From contig OZ237752.1 in the NCBI GenBank assembly GCA_965178125.1, positions 930,001 through 994,000 on the forward strand: a DNA stretch of 64,000 bases, given 5' to 3'. The translations under genes were made by a program, and so were the position numbers. This DNA is from Bilabrum cf. latius. Taxonomy: Eukaryota. Positions 1-12,775 of the stretch are shown here, in pieces (within the stretch, counting starts at the first letter, position 1; each line of letters begins with the position of its first letter). A model generated the notes under the pieces. That model had not been told where the DNA came from and did not search any database. It was given only the letters and a program-made list of their open reading frames with translations.

Positions 1-2949
1 GGCATGGGCAGGTCCGTGGACGTGCCCCCCAGCGCGCGCGCGTCCGCCCCGTCGAGCCCCACGACAGAGGGGTCCCCCACGCGGCCCGCCACGCCCCTCT
101 CCCGGTCCAGCCGGGCCCGCCTCTGTGCCCTGGCGGCGGCCAGCCGCACCGCTTCCCTTGGAAACGCCACGCCCACCTCCTGGCTCGCCACCTCTTGTGC
201 CCCCAGCGCCCACTAGACAGCGTCAAAGGCGCGCAGCTCCGCGCACTCCGCCTCCCGCAAGGAGGAGACCAGCCCCGCAGCGCGGGCCTCCTCCGCGGCC
301 TCCTCCGCCGTGGCCCGCTCGATACTCGTCAGCTCTGCAGGCAGTCCCGGTGACGAGGCCTCGCCGCCCGGATTGTTCTAGCCTGCCACCGTCTGCCTGG
401 GGGCAAGCGAGCCGGCCCCGGCCTCCATGGACACGGGCGTGGCATCTGTGCCGCTGAACTCTGTGGCGCCGTCCGTCGCATCTTGCGGCTGCGAGCCGTC
501 TTCCTCTTCCGCTGCGTGCTCCCGGCCGCCTCCATCTTCCACAGCACCACCATCGCCACCGTCGCCAGCTGCTGCTGACGATGCCAGCCTCGCCGCATTC
601 TGGGCCGCCTTGCTGACCCCCTCCTGCTCCGGGGGCCCGCCGATGAGCTGCCTCGCCGCCTCGCCCTCCGTCTCCTCTCGAGCAGCCCTCCTCGCCTCCC
701 GCGCCTCGGCGATTTGTTCTCTGGCGTCCCGGAGGGCACCCTCGGCTGCTTCCCGCTCCGAGGTGCGCCGCTCGGCGTCTGACCGAAGCATGCGCACGAG
801 CGGGGCCCAGAAGGCCTCCTGGGGAACAGGGCAGCGCATGGTGCACCCCATCCGGGGAACAACGGCCTCCAGGACGACCCCGCGAGCCACCCCGCTGGCT
901 TCGAGCACCATGCCCCGGCCGGGCCTCGCGTCGTCCTCGTCGTCGTCGTCGTCCTCTTCTTCTTCTTGCTGCTCGGCCCCGTCCGCACCCACCGCCCTGC
1001 CACCGTCAAAGAACGCGACGGTCTGCTCCCCCGGAGTGTCTGCCCCGCCTCCCGCCTACGGTGACGTCGCCCGTCCCGCCTGATTCCCGCTCAATATCGA
1101 CTCCGGGTCCTCAGCCCGCTCCAGCGCGGCCTCCTCGGCCCCCGGCTCGGTGGCGGGCACCACCGCGCTGACCAGCAGCTCCAGCGAGAGCCGGACCTTG
1201 CCCCAGACCGGGTCACCACCTGGAGTGAAATGGCCAGAAGCGCTGCCTCCTCCTCTTCCTCTTCTTCCTCCTTCTTCCCCACCCGCCATCAGCTCATCGT
1301 CCTCGCCCTCCTGCGCCTCCAGCCCGCTCTCCGCATCTGCAGGCACCGAGGGCCCCGCCCCCATCGACAACCAGACCGGCTGCTCTAGCCAGGGCACCTG
1401 CACCGACACGCCGCAGCTGACGGGCTCCCGGAGAGGGGGCGGGGCCCCGTTGAGCAAATCGCTGCCCCGCTGCCGCACCTTGGACAGGTCCGAGTGGCCC
1501 TCCCCGGTTGCAACCGCGCCGTCCAAGGCCCGGGCCAGGGACACGGACTGCACCTGGTGGTGACCCGCGTGCAGGGAGGCCTCGTCCCGCCTGCCCTCCA
1601 GGGCCCGACGGGCCACCACCACCTCGGGGTGCTGCGGGGCCCCCGCCCGATTGGCACCCCCCACGAGCGCCGCGTGACCCCCGTATGGGGTCCGCCTCCA
1701 CGCCATGGGGGCATCCGCTGGAAGATCGCCCGCCAGCCACACGGCGCGCACGTCGAGCGTGTAGACGCGCCTGGCGGCCCGCTCCCGAGCGGCGGCCCTG
1801 GCGGCTCTGTTCTCCGACGCAATGACGTCAGCGACACCACGGAACAAGGGGTGCTGCTGCGCCTGCACCACCGGCACCACAACGCCTTCTTCCTCCTCCA
1901 ATCTCTGGGCCTCTTCAGCGGCGGCCCGGCCCGCCTCGTACGCACGCTGCCTCGCCACTTCGTCTCGGAAGCGTCGGTACAGGGAGCGAATGGTCCAGTC
2001 GATCTTGCCGCTGCCGCCCGCCCCATCCAGCGTCCTGGCCAGCTCCATGGCCGTGCTGCTGATCCCTCTCTCCGTGCCCGTGGCTCGGCTCGGGTCCGCC
2101 CACAGCGCCGCGCTTCTCCTCGTGTCCGAGGCGTGGTCTGCCCTGGCCCACGAAGGCACGCCCACCTCCATGGCGGCTTGCCGCATGGTGGCGGTGAAGG
2201 CGGCCCCGGCATCCCCCGCGGCCACCGTCCGGGGGCCTCTCTCCAGGGCCTCCTGGAACGCCTGCGAGAATGACTGTTCCCCCGTTGTTCCCTGGGATCC
2301 GGTGTGCATCGGTGACTGGGGAATCCCGCTTGCCGCGGCGGGTGCTCGCGAAGAGGACCCGCCCGTTGTTCCCTGGTTCCTGCGGCTGCCGGCCCGCCGG
2401 GCGAGCCTCTTGAGGGTGCGGGAGCCCTCGTCCGATTGCTTGAGTGCTGCGAGGGGGGAGGGGGGAGGGGGGAGGGGCGGGAGGATTTATAAAGAAACAA
2501 GTGAGAATACAAAAAAAAAGGGATGCAGAGAGGGGTGGGTGGGTCGGTAGAAGCAACGTGACACGCGCGTGTGCGCAAAGGGTGGGCGCCAGCTCAACGC
2601 TGCTCGCTGGGATCTCACCATCTGCTAGCGGAGACTCGAGGATCAGGCTCCTGTGCCTCTGTCCCAATTCGGAGCGCTGCACCTCCGTCGCCCATCGCTT
2701 CTGCTCCTGCTCTTCCTGAGTCTGAACCTGGCTGCCGGCGCCGTGCTTCTTGTTCCCGCCCTTGCCCATGCCCTTGCCCTTGCCCATACCCTTGCCTTTG
2801 GCCGGGCTTGGACCGCCGCGCCGCCCGCCATTGCCCGCCGGCGGCTTGCCACTGCCACTGCTGCGACCAGGTGTAACCGACCCCAGGAACTCAACGGATC
2901 TAGCGGTGGCAGACTGCAGCGTGTCACCACCTCCACCCAGCGTGTCAGA

Positions 2950-2982
<33 letters not shown>

Positions 2983-3825
2983 CGACCGCGCGCTGGCCCC
3001 ATCCCCCAACCCCCCCCAGCCTCGAGCCCGGATGGGGTCTTCGCCCGCGGCCAAAGCCGCCTCTTCCGCCTCAACGTCGATGACCTGACCGGGGCCCTCA
3101 CTCGTCACACCGGTGTGCAGCCGCACGGGGCTGCCCGGGTCCCTGAGGCCCGTGCTGCCCGTGGTCATGCCGGGCACGGGCGCGCTGGGCTCCAGTGCGC
3201 TTCCGGTCGTGCGGATTCGAAGCATGGACAGGGAGCCGTGCCCGCCCTCCAGCCCCACGCTGGCACCGAGCAGCTCGCTGGCGCTGCTGCCGGCACCACC
3301 GTGCAATGCACCCGGACCGGACGCTCCACCTCCGGCCCACGCCGAGGAGGCCGTGGAGGCTCCCACCAGAGAGCCAGAGGGACCAGCGCGCCGCCGCCGC
3401 CCCCCTTGACCGCGGCCCCGCGCCGGCACGCTGCCAGTGCCGCCCAAACCGACAGGGTCTTCCACGGCGCCCGGCGTGACTGCGCCGGCTCTGGAACCTG
3501 CCCTGGCTGGCCTTGCCGTCTGGGAATACGAGACGGACGGAAGGGAAGGGAGTGAGGCTGCCCCAGCAGCTGCCAGCGGCCCGCCTACACTTCTTGCCGA
3601 TCGGCTCCTGGCCACTCCGGGACTTTCGGGACCCTTCGTCTCGGACCACGCTTGCTTCACCCCAAATCTCTGCGCATCGGCTCTTCGCCTCGGCCGGCGA
3701 CGGGCCTGCTGCTTTCGCTTGTTGGAGCTTTGCTTCAAAGCGTTTCTAGCCACTTTCTCGGTTTCCATCAGGAATTTTCGGGTATCATCATCCAAATCGA
3801 GCGTCGTGCCGGTGGTTTTTGGCAT
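1..3825 (-). CDS. Large low-complexity protein of unknown function (3' end beyond the window)
   Basis: ATG at 3825. A phase-1 intron at 2447-2618 (G|GTGAG...CTCGCAG) joins exon 1 to the frame of ORFs 1056..2309 and 378..992. The frame stays open to the window edge if the TAGs at 1056, 378 and 213 are sense. Confidence 0.7.
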
Positions 3826-4068
3826 GTTTCCAGAATTTCACGGCTCCCAGACCAGCGACACACAATTGTTTCTAGCTGGTTCCCCCTGTCAGCCTATGTT
3901 ACGCAGTGATTCGTCCGGATTTAGTATTTTTCGTGGTCTTATCCAACGTGCATATTTGGTTCCGTTCTGCGCGGCGCCCCTCGTGGATGTTATGTGTGCT
4001 TTCTGGAAATGTGAATTTATTGGGCCGCGAAGCTCAACGACGGATACTCGGTTGTAGCGCCTGGTAGT

Positions 4069-4930
4069 ATGGCTTCTCGTATGCTTCGTGCCTCTAGGCG
4101 AATTGCTTCCACTAGTCGCTTGTCTCAGACTGCCCGCGCGGCAGTGCCGAAGGCTAGTGTCAGGAGAATGGGATCTCATGCCAAGAAGGATTGGGTGGCG
4201 GACCGATCTGGCTTCCTCCCTAGGCACCCTGACTACCCCGGGGTCGAGGGATATTTGCGCTATGCTATGCCCGAGGATGGCGAGGTGAGAGAAGCTGTTA
4301 TTTGCTGCTATCTCTGATCGGCATGCGTCTCTTGCGGTCCGGCAAGTTGGCACTGGCCTGGTCTGCCGATTACTGCGACTCCAGATTCACATTTCCGTCG
4401 CGTCCAGTCACATAATTGGTGTTGCATGGAAAGTTTAGGCTTTGCACTGCCTGAAGATGGCTTCTGCTGCTATGCTAGGGCAATACCGCTGTTGTCACTG
4501 CCCGCCGTTGTTGCCACTGTTGCTTTACTAAGCTACCCGCAGCTTTCTCTTGGCATTTTCACGATGTACGTTGTTCTTGTTGGCGGATACATCACGTACG
4601 GCAACTACGTTGAGGCCACCAAGCCGAAGCCGGCCCCTAAGCGCGCCATGTACGAAGAGAGTGAGACTGAAGCGACCATCCTGCAGCGAGGCAGGAAACC
4701 AATCGAGAGCAGGTGACAAGCGGGCCCATCATGGAATCTGTGTACCAATAACTCCATCCCGCGCTTCTCTCTCTTACATGCTTGTCTTGCTCGCAGTCGT
4801 GGAGAAGCCCCCGGCCTCGTCCGTCCCCACCATGGAGGAGGACGCCGACGCTTGGGCCGCGTTCATCAACGGCGGTGACGAGAACGTGAAGGCCTACATC
4901 GAGGCCATGACTGGGGAGCCGCAGGCGTGA
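4069..4930 (+). CDS. Small single-TM mitochondrial protein, possibly ATP synthase subunit k/DAPIT-like
   Basis: Three exons (4069-4284, 4543-4660, 4797-4930) with GTGAG/GCAG introns. Arg/Ser-rich presequence (MASRMLRASRR...RRMGSH), one hydrophobic helix (LSLGIFTMYVVLVGGYITY), TGA stop. The family assignment is from recalled resemblance only. Confidence 0.55.
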
Positions 4931-5438
4931 GGTGAGCACACGAGTGGTCCTCGCAGATGAACGGGGGTGCATATTCAATCCATCGGTCGGGGGTGCGTCG
5001 GTGTGGTGTGGGGAGGGGTAACACACGGTGTGGCAGGGACTCGGGGGAAGGGTGGGTTCGGTGCGCTCGATGTGGCCTGGGAACTCTCGATTGATGGTGA
5101 TATGGAGTGATTCAAACTCGGATTTTTTATACATTGCTCCAGGCAGGCCTTGTTGCCTCTTGCTTAGTTCATCACGAACCTCGCGTCTAGTTGGCTCTTC
5201 CATCTTGCGCTGCCTCTGCATCGCTCGAATACCATTTCGCGCATTTTCTCAACCATGCAAACATTATATCACGGACCCCGCTACGCTGCGCACGGGGCAC
5301 ACCCGGACACTGCCTATCGTTGCAGTTCCGGGTTGATGGCTTCGTCAGGTCTCGGCCCCATCACCCGCGCTCTCGTGCACCTATTTGCGGCCTGCCTGCC
5401 GAGTGTTTGCGAACAAGCCAGGTCCACTCCCATTAGAA

Positions 5439-7724
5439 ATGATGCGGGCTATGGCATCGCGGAGGATTGCTTCGAGCATGGCGCGGTGGGGAGCAGCTTC
5501 GCGGTCGAGACTCGGAGGTGCGTGGAGCACCACGCGCACAGCCGCCCCGTGGGGCCAATGCGCCGGTTCAATGGGAAGCTACTACTCTGACGATTCTAGA
5601 AATTTCTCTTCCTCGGCATGTAGCGAAGAGAACCTTGAGAAACTGAGAAACATTGGAATCTCAGCCCATATTGACAGCGGCAAGACAACACTGACTGAGC
5701 GCATCCTATACTACACTGGGAGGATCGATTCAATCCACGATGTGCGCGGTAAGGATGGAGTTGGAGCCAAAATGGACTCCATGGACCTGGAGCGAGAGAA
5801 GGGAATCACGATTCAGTCGGCAGCGACTTTCGCAACGTGGGGAGACAACCACATCAACATTATCGACACACCGGGCCACGTAGACTTTACGGTTGAGGTC
5901 GAGCGGGCGTTGCGGGTGCTGGATGGTGCCGTGCTTGTGCTGTGTGGCGTTGCGGGCGTGCAATCCCAGAGTATCACTGTCGATCGCCAGATGAAGCGCT
6001 ACAACGTGCCTCGCGTGGCCTTTATCAACAAGCTGGACAGGATGGGCGCGAACCCCAAGAAGGTAATCAGCGACCTGCGAAGCAAGCTGAGGCTGAACGC
6101 AGTCGCGGTGCAGCTCCCCGTGGGCCTCGAGGCGGCGCACGAGGGAGTGATCGACGTGGTGCGGCAGCGGCAGATCCTCTTCCGGGGCGACAACGGCGAG
6201 ACCGTGGAGGAGTCGCCCGTGCCCGAGGCCAGGCTGGGGGAGCTGGAGGAGGCGCGCAAGGAGCTGGTGGAGCGCCTGGCCGACGTGGACGAGGAGATGG
6301 AGATGCATTTCCTGGAGGAGACCATGCCCGAGGACGAGGAGCTGGTGGCGGCCATCCGGAGGGCCACAGTGGCGCAGAAGCTCTGCCCCGTGTTCCTCGG
6401 CTCTGCCTTCAAGAACAAGGGCGTGCAGGCGCTGCTGGACGGCGTGGTGGAATACCTCCCCAACCCCACGGAGGTGGAGAACAAGGCCTTGGATCGGAGC
6501 AGCGACGAGGCCGAGGTCGTGCTGTCCTCGGACGACCCCGAGCTGCCCCTGGTGGCGCTGGCCTTCAAGCTGGAAGAGTCCAGGTTCGGGCAGCTGACCT
6601 ACTTCAGGGTGTACCAGGGAACAATGAAGAAGGGCACGCAGATCTTCAACGTGGACAAGAACTCCAAGCACAAGCTGCCGCGGCTGGTGCGCATGCATTC
6701 CAACGAGATGGAGGACGTGGCGTCGGTCGGGCCGGGCGAGATCGTGGCCACGTTCGGCGTCGAATGCGCGTCCGGAGACACCTTCACGGACGGCTCGGTG
6801 AAGTACGCGATGGAGACGATGTTCGTTCCCGACCCGGTGATCTCGTACAGTATCAAGCCCAAGGGCGCGGGGCAGGCGGACAAGTTCGGGCGGGCCCTGG
6901 GCCGCTTCCAGAGGGAGGACCCCACCTTCAGGGTGCACACGGACGGGGAGACCGGCGAGACGATCATCAGCGGGATGGGCGAGCTGCACCTGGACATCTA
7001 CGTGGAGAGGCTCAAGAGGGAGTACGACATGGAGGTGGTCACTGGTGAGCCCAGGGTCAACTACAGGGAGACTATCAGCAACAAGGGCGAGTTCAACTAC
7101 CTCCACAAGAAACAGTCCGGAGGCGCGGGGCAGTACGGCAGGGTGGTGGGCTACATCGAGCCCATGCCAGAGGACAGCGAGGAGAACTTCGAGTTCGTGA
7201 ACGGGATCCTGGGCAACGCCATCACTCCCGACTACATCAGCGCGTGCCGCAAGGGATTCGAGGAGTGCATGAAGAAGGGGGCGCTCACTGGTCACCCGGT
7301 GCAGGGCGTGAGGGTCGTCCTCACCGACGGGCAGGACCACCCGGTCGATTCGTCCGACCTGGCATTCAGAGCCGCGGCCCGCGGGGGGTTCCGGCAGGCC
7401 TTCCAGAACGCCAACGGGCAGGTCCTTGAGCCCATCATGGATGTGGAGGTGATGGTGCCTACGGAGTTCCAGGGAACAGCGATCGGCCTGCTGAACAAGC
7501 GCAAGGGGCAGCTGTACAACCAGGAGGCCGGGGACATGAACGTGACCCTGCAGTGCCACGTGCCTCTGGCTGCCATGTTTGGGTTCTCGACGGACCTGAG
7601 GAGCGTGACCCAGGGCAAGGGCGAGTTCACGATGGAGTACCTGAGGCACGACCCGGTCATGGGAGACGTGCAGAAGAAGCTCATCAAGGAGTTCCAGGAG
7701 GGGAGGAAGGACGAGGACGACTGA
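5439..7724 (+). CDS. GFM1: Mitochondrial elongation factor G (EF-G1)
   Basis: [47 protein letters not shown] and [11 protein letters not shown] motifs. N-terminal presequence, intronless, TGA stop, no internal TAG. Confidence 0.97.
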   Translation: MMRAMASRRIASSMARWGAASRSRLGGAWSTTRTAAPWGQCAGSMGSYYSDDSRNFSSSACSEENLEKLRNIGISAHIDSGKTTLTERILYYTGRIDSIHDVRGKDGVGAKMDSMDLEREKGITIQSAATFATWGDNHINIIDTPGHVDFTVEVERALRVLDGAVLVLCGVAGVQSQSITVDRQMKRYNVPRVAFINKLDRMGANPKKVISDLRSKLRLNAVAVQLPVGLEAAHEGVIDVVRQRQILFRGDNGETVEESPVPEARLGELEEARKELVERLADVDEEMEMHFLEETMPEDEELVAAIRRATVAQKLCPVFLGSAFKNKGVQALLDGVVEYLPNPTEVENKALDRSSDEAEVVLSSDDPELPLVALAFKLEESRFGQLTYFRVYQGTMKKGTQIFNVDKNSKHKLPRLVRMHSNEMEDVASVGPGEIVATFGVECASGDTFTDGSVKYAMETMFVPDPVISYSIKPKGAGQADKFGRALGRFQREDPTFRVHTDGETGETIISGMGELHLDIYVERLKREYDMEVVTGEPRVNYRETISNKGEFNYLHKKQSGGAGQYGRVVGYIEPMPEDSEENFEFVNGILGNAITPDYISACRKGFEECMKKGALTGHPVQGVRVVLTDGQDHPVDSSDLAFRAAARGGFRQAFQNANGQVLEPIMDVEVMVPTEFQGTAIGLLNKRKGQLYNQEAGDMNVTLQCHVPLAAMFGFSTDLRSVTQGKGEFTMEYLRHDPVMGDVQKKLIKEFQEGRKDEDD

Positions 7725-7872
7725 GGCGAGTCCATTCAGGCAGATGGTAAGGCGCATGATGGTTGAATTGCAGCTGAGAGTAAGCTCTGCACAGCATGAA
7801 CATGATGTAACACAGCGCTGTAAGCATGCCAGCCAAATGCTAGAGTTGCATTGCACTGCACACGCCACGTCA

Positions 7873-8838
7873 TCATGTGACCTCTTCCCCCCCATCCGCC
7901 TGCTAGCTCTCGGCCCCAACCAAGGCCTCCCCAGACCCCTCCTGCCCAGCTGCTGCACCGACACCCCCATCCGCGTCTACGCCTGCAACCACAGCCTCTC
8001 CGTTGGCACCCGCTGCATCTCCCGCGCGCCCAGCAGAGCTGGAAGCACTGTTGCTGCTGGAGGACGAGGAGGACGAGGACGAGGTGCCCTGCGCGCCCCT
8101 TTCCCCCGGGAGCTCCAGCTCTTCTTCATCTTCGGAATCCGCCTCGGCAGCCGCGGCCTCGCCGCCCAGACCATTTTCGTCCTCTTCGTCCTCGTCCTCG
8201 TCATCATCGTCATCATCGCCGGCGCCCTCCGCAGCGGGATCGTACTCGGCCTCCCCCTCGGCGCCGCCCTGACCCTCCATGCCGCCAGCAGCAGCCGCAC
8301 CAGCGCCGTCCTCCTCATCTTCGTCAGCGATGAAGTCGCCCATCTCATCGTCTTCCTCTTCGGCGCCATGCCCGCCCAGCGCGGCTGCCTCCATGCCAGC
8401 CGCATCCTCGTCGTCCTCCTGCTGCTGGTCGTCCACTGCCATGGCGTACAGGCCTCGCTTGTAGAAAACCTTAGCTCCATCTTCGTCCGTGTAAAACAAG
8501 CGGAGCCACTTGGCAACCCATGACGCTGCTGGATTTGTCACTGTTACCATTCTGCAAGAGAGATGACTGGAAGTGGGGAGGCAATGCCAGTTCGATACGC
8601 GAGCAAGATTTCATCGGTGCACGATGCTGAAGCCGCCTCACCCTTGGTACCTATCTGTTGTATACGTAGCAACATAATCGTCCCTAGAATCCAAGTGGTC
8701 ACCCGCCGGATGGTTCTACGGGCAGTTCTCGCAAAACGATTCATGGAACTACGCCGCAGTTTTGATAAGATGACAGGTACGGCACGCGCGCCACTGCTTA
8801 ACGCGTGCATCACTTGGTGTTTCAGCGAATTCGCTCAT
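7873..8838 (-). CDS. SPT4: Transcription elongation factor Spt4 with long acidic C-terminal extension
   Basis: RACRTCHLIKTAA*FHESFCENCP...SWVAKWLRL matches the Spt4 zinc ribbon and body. Intron 8552-8641. In-frame TAGs at 8749, 8716 and 7903. Ends TGA TGA. Confidence 0.92.
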
Positions 8839-9020
8839 CAATGCTGCGGCTCCGCCCCCTTGCATGCTACGCACAGGGCAATCACTGCCCTGGCAGGTTT
8901 GCCTCCTCGGGTTCCGCAACCCTCGCGCGCGGCGCCGTACCGTTCGCGCGAGGCTTGCATAGCTGGCAATTACGCGCCGAGTCAAGGCGTATCTGTTGAA
9001 CCATTTGACCATATTCTAGT

Positions 9021-12000
9021 ATGGAATCGCTTGCAATTGTTCCAGCTGATAAATCTGGCATTTTGGAGACGTTATTCTAGCGAGCGTCGGGGGGGTCTGG
9101 CGAGTGTAGCGCGGAGGGTGTCGTGAAGCTCATGCTGGATGCGGGTGCGACAGATGACAGAGAGGTTGCGCAAGACGCTATTAATACAACTATGACTTTG
9201 GTGCCAGGGGAGACTCTGAGCATGCACTGGTTTCCGGCAGCTGTTGGCGACGCGTTTCGTCGAGTCGTGTGCCCGTACGAGACAGCGTCGCGTGCTAGGC
9301 TGGTCGTAATGAAGAAATACTTGCTACCTCTTGCAACTAGTGGGCTGCAGCAAGCGAGCGATGCGCAGCCGCATCACTCGCTGGGCAGCCCAGGCGCAGC
9401 CGCTTTTCCCAGAGCCCCGGGATCTGCCAGAGGCATTACCACCGACGAAGCGAAGACCGGGCTTGCCGAAGGGTCTCCTCGCGGAATCGAGAGAGTAGCG
9501 TATCCTTCTGTCAGCTCCAGCGATGGCTCTGCGGGCAGCCAGCCCGCGCACGGAGCAGCCAGCATCGGCATGGAGGACGGGGGCGTGGAGGGCGGGTCCC
9601 ACGGCAGCCTGTCGCTGGCCGATTTGCGGAAGGAGCAGGACAGGCGCTAGAAAAGCAGGCGGCGGCTGCAGGCTCAGCTTAGAGAGCGCAAGCAGAGGGA
9701 GCAGGACCAGCGAAGGGCGGCTCAGGGGCAGCCTCCTGCTCGCCCTCTCGGAGCAGTTGCTCCGCGGGATGGTGGAGGAGGAGGAATAGCGCCCGGCGGA
9801 CCCGTCCCCAGGGCACTGCAGCTCTCCCGGAGCGCGGCCCGTGCGGAACCAGAGGCGCCGCGCAGCCTCATGAGTCCCGGCTCCCGCGCGATCGTGAGGC
9901 GCATGCAGCGGAGGAGGCAGCAGGACGCGAGGAGGGAACACAGCGAGGCGGGCATCGGGCCGGGGATGGGGGGGCCGCCCCTCGCAGGAAGTGGGCTGTA
10001 GTCGTCACACTTACAGACAGGCCGCACGCACCCCCGTGTTCCCCGAGCGCCCTCCCTGCCCAGGGTGGCCAGAGAGGGGGAGGCACTCGCCCAGAGGGCC
10101 AAAGCGGCCACCAGGGCAGCGGCCATCGCGGCGGATAGGGACCGCCTGGCTGCGTCGGCGGGGCGCGCGGGGTCCGGGTCCGGCCCGGTGGCTGGATCGT
10201 CCTCGATGCCTCCTCCTTCCTCCTCGAGGCGGCGCGGGGGCGGGGGGGACCCCCTGGCGGTGCGGCTGCTGGTGCGGGAGCTCTCTGCCTGGGTCGGTTC
10301 CGCAGCGCGCGGCGCCGGTGCCTTGGAGGCGCTGCAGGTGCCGGTGGGCCTGGATGCCGTGGCCAAGGTGTGCGTGTCGCTGGGGTTCTTCCCGCGGCGG
10401 TCGGCGGCTTCTGGCGCCACAGCAGGGAGCTTGGCAACTGGGATTGCGGGGCCGAGCGCGGGCTACGGCCAGCAGGAAGAAGACAATGGCAATTTCGATG
10501 ACACTGACGACGATGACGTGGAGGAACCATCCGACGCGAAGGAGAGGCAGCGGGACGGCGAGGCCCTGGCGGAGGTGTGGGCGGCGGCGGGGGAGGCGGC
10601 GCAGGACGGCAGGAGGGGGGCGGGTGCTGGCAAAGACGGAAGGGAGGATGACGAGCGCAAGGACGAGGACGGGGAGGGGGAGGGGGTAGTATCCGAGGTG
10701 CCGGCGTGGGCACTGGCGCTGGTGCTGGCGGGCGTGGTCGCGTCCGGAGCCCGTCTCGGGCAGGTGGCCCATGCGGGGGCCCAGCTGGACGCGGAAGCAG
10801 GCGTGCTGGGGCTGCTGCCTGGTCGGTCTACCAAGGGCAAGGGCAAGGGCAAGGGGGCCGGCCGCAGGGTCAGGAGGGGGCTGGGGAACAAGGGGGCCAG
10901 GGGCTCCCTGCTGCCGCTGGACCGACGCGCGGCCATGAGCGTGATGAGTGGAGGCGAGCCGGGTCCGGGCAAGGGCGGCGGCGAATCTCCCCGGAGTCGG
11001 TCCAGCCGAGGGTCGGTCGAGGAGCGCGACCAGGAGCATGGAACGGAGGCAGGTGACAGTGACAGCGACTCGGTCCGGCTGCGCGACATCGTGGCTCCCG
11101 AGCTCCCGGAGGCGGTCAAGCGCAGGCTGTACGCCTCCAGGCTGGCCCGCGGGCGCTACGGCAGGCCGGGAGGTGCGGGATCCGGCCGCCAGGGGGGCCT
11201 CACTGTGCATGCAGGGCCGGGAGGGGGAGGGAGCACTGGTCCTGCCCCGGAGGAGCGCGACCCGTCCGATCCCGAGCATGAGCGCCAGCTCACGTTCGAG
11301 CCCATGCTGTGCCGCAGGTCGCTGGAGATGGCGGACCGGGCGACTGCTCGCGTGGCGGAGGGCGTGCCGAGGGCACTGCTGCTGATGCGGTACCAGCAAG
11401 AGGTGGACGAGAGGCTGGAGGAGCAGAGGAGGCAGAAGATCGCGCAGGAGATGGCGGCGTGCACGTTCAGGCCAGCCACCAACGCCGGGGCCGGGGCCGG
11501 GGCCGCCCCAGCTGGTGCTGGTGGGGGCTCGTTGCCGCCGGGGGGAGGCCCCGAGGCTCGCTTCGAGCGGTTGCACGAGCTGCACGAGCAGAAACTGGCC
11601 AAGCAGCAGAGACTGCTCGCGGCCAAGCGGGCTAAAGCCGCCGAGGAGGAGGTGGAGGAGTGCACGTTCCAGCCCCTGACTGCCTCTGCGATCGGGAGGC
11701 AGGGGGCAGGCGCGGGCGGGCTCGTGGGGGGCGACGAGTCGATGGCTCTGGCCCTGCGAGCGGCGCAGCAGGCCCGCCCGCGGGGCCTGCAGACGCACCG
11801 TCGGCGCATGGAAAAGGCCCGGGTGCAGCTGCGGCCGCCGGGGGAGAGCGAGAAGCAGCTGCAGGCCATCGCGCAGGTGGCCAGAGGGCAGGACGGGCTC
11901 ACGAGGGTGTCTCCGTTCAAGCTGGGGACGGACAGGAGGGCCTCGTTGAGGAGGACCAGGGAACAAGAGGGTGGCGGGAGTGGAGAACAGGGGGGAGGGT

Positions 12001-12353
12001 GGGGAGCAGAGGGCGCGGGGCGCGGTACGTCTGGGGTACAAGCTAGGAGAGGTGATGGAGGGATGCGTGCCGGCGATGGAGCGCAAGAAACCCTTGGGAT
12101 CGGTTCGGCAGCAGGTCCCGCAGAGGGAGAGGCAGAGGCAGGCGGCGATACCCTTGATGAGAGCCCCACCGTGATTGTGGATCTGGTGCTTGGCGAGGGA
12201 GAGGAGGGTGTGGAGCGGGTGGTGCTGACCAGGCGGTCCGATCTGGACGCCGTGTCGGCAGCGCTGGGGAGGAAGCACGGGCTCTAGCCGGCCCTCGTGG
12301 GTGCACTGCGGTCCGCGCTCGGGAGGGAGCAGGCCAAGGCCTGGGAGGTGTGA
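9021..12353 (+). CDS. Hypothetical cytoskeletal/coiled-coil protein with CTFxP-type repeats
   Basis: ORFs 9123..9650 and 10065..12287 share one frame, which is continuous from ATG 9021 to TGA 12351 through TAGs at 9078, 9648, 9999 and 12285. LTFEP, ACTFRP and ECTFQP repeats. Confidence 0.7.
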
Positions 12354-12775
12354 TGCCCCAGGCGCGATTACAAAGCGATCGGATGTGCACAAAGCACCAG
12401 ATACAAAGCACAAGTTAGTCGGCAAAGTAGAGGATAAGTAGGTGCACAAATCCGATGCTGGTACCAGGTCTTTAGCCACATCAATTGGAGTCTCTTCCCG
12501 TCAGGCTAGCATAATTCGTGCTGCTCATACTGTGAGGGCTGCTCGGTGTCACACCATCTAGGTCAGAGGCAGCGATCCGACACTGCCCAACGCCTGCGAT
12601 CCCCCCCTAGCCACATCCCGCGGTAGGATAACTGCTTTCATGCAAAAGACTACAAAGCTAGCACGCCCCGGTAGGAGCGATATGGAGACTTTCGGCTCCC
12701 AAAGTCGGTATGGCGAGCACCTGTAGCGCCGTTCAGCCGTCCGGGGGGCGGAGAGGGGGAGCACGTCGTGCTGGA

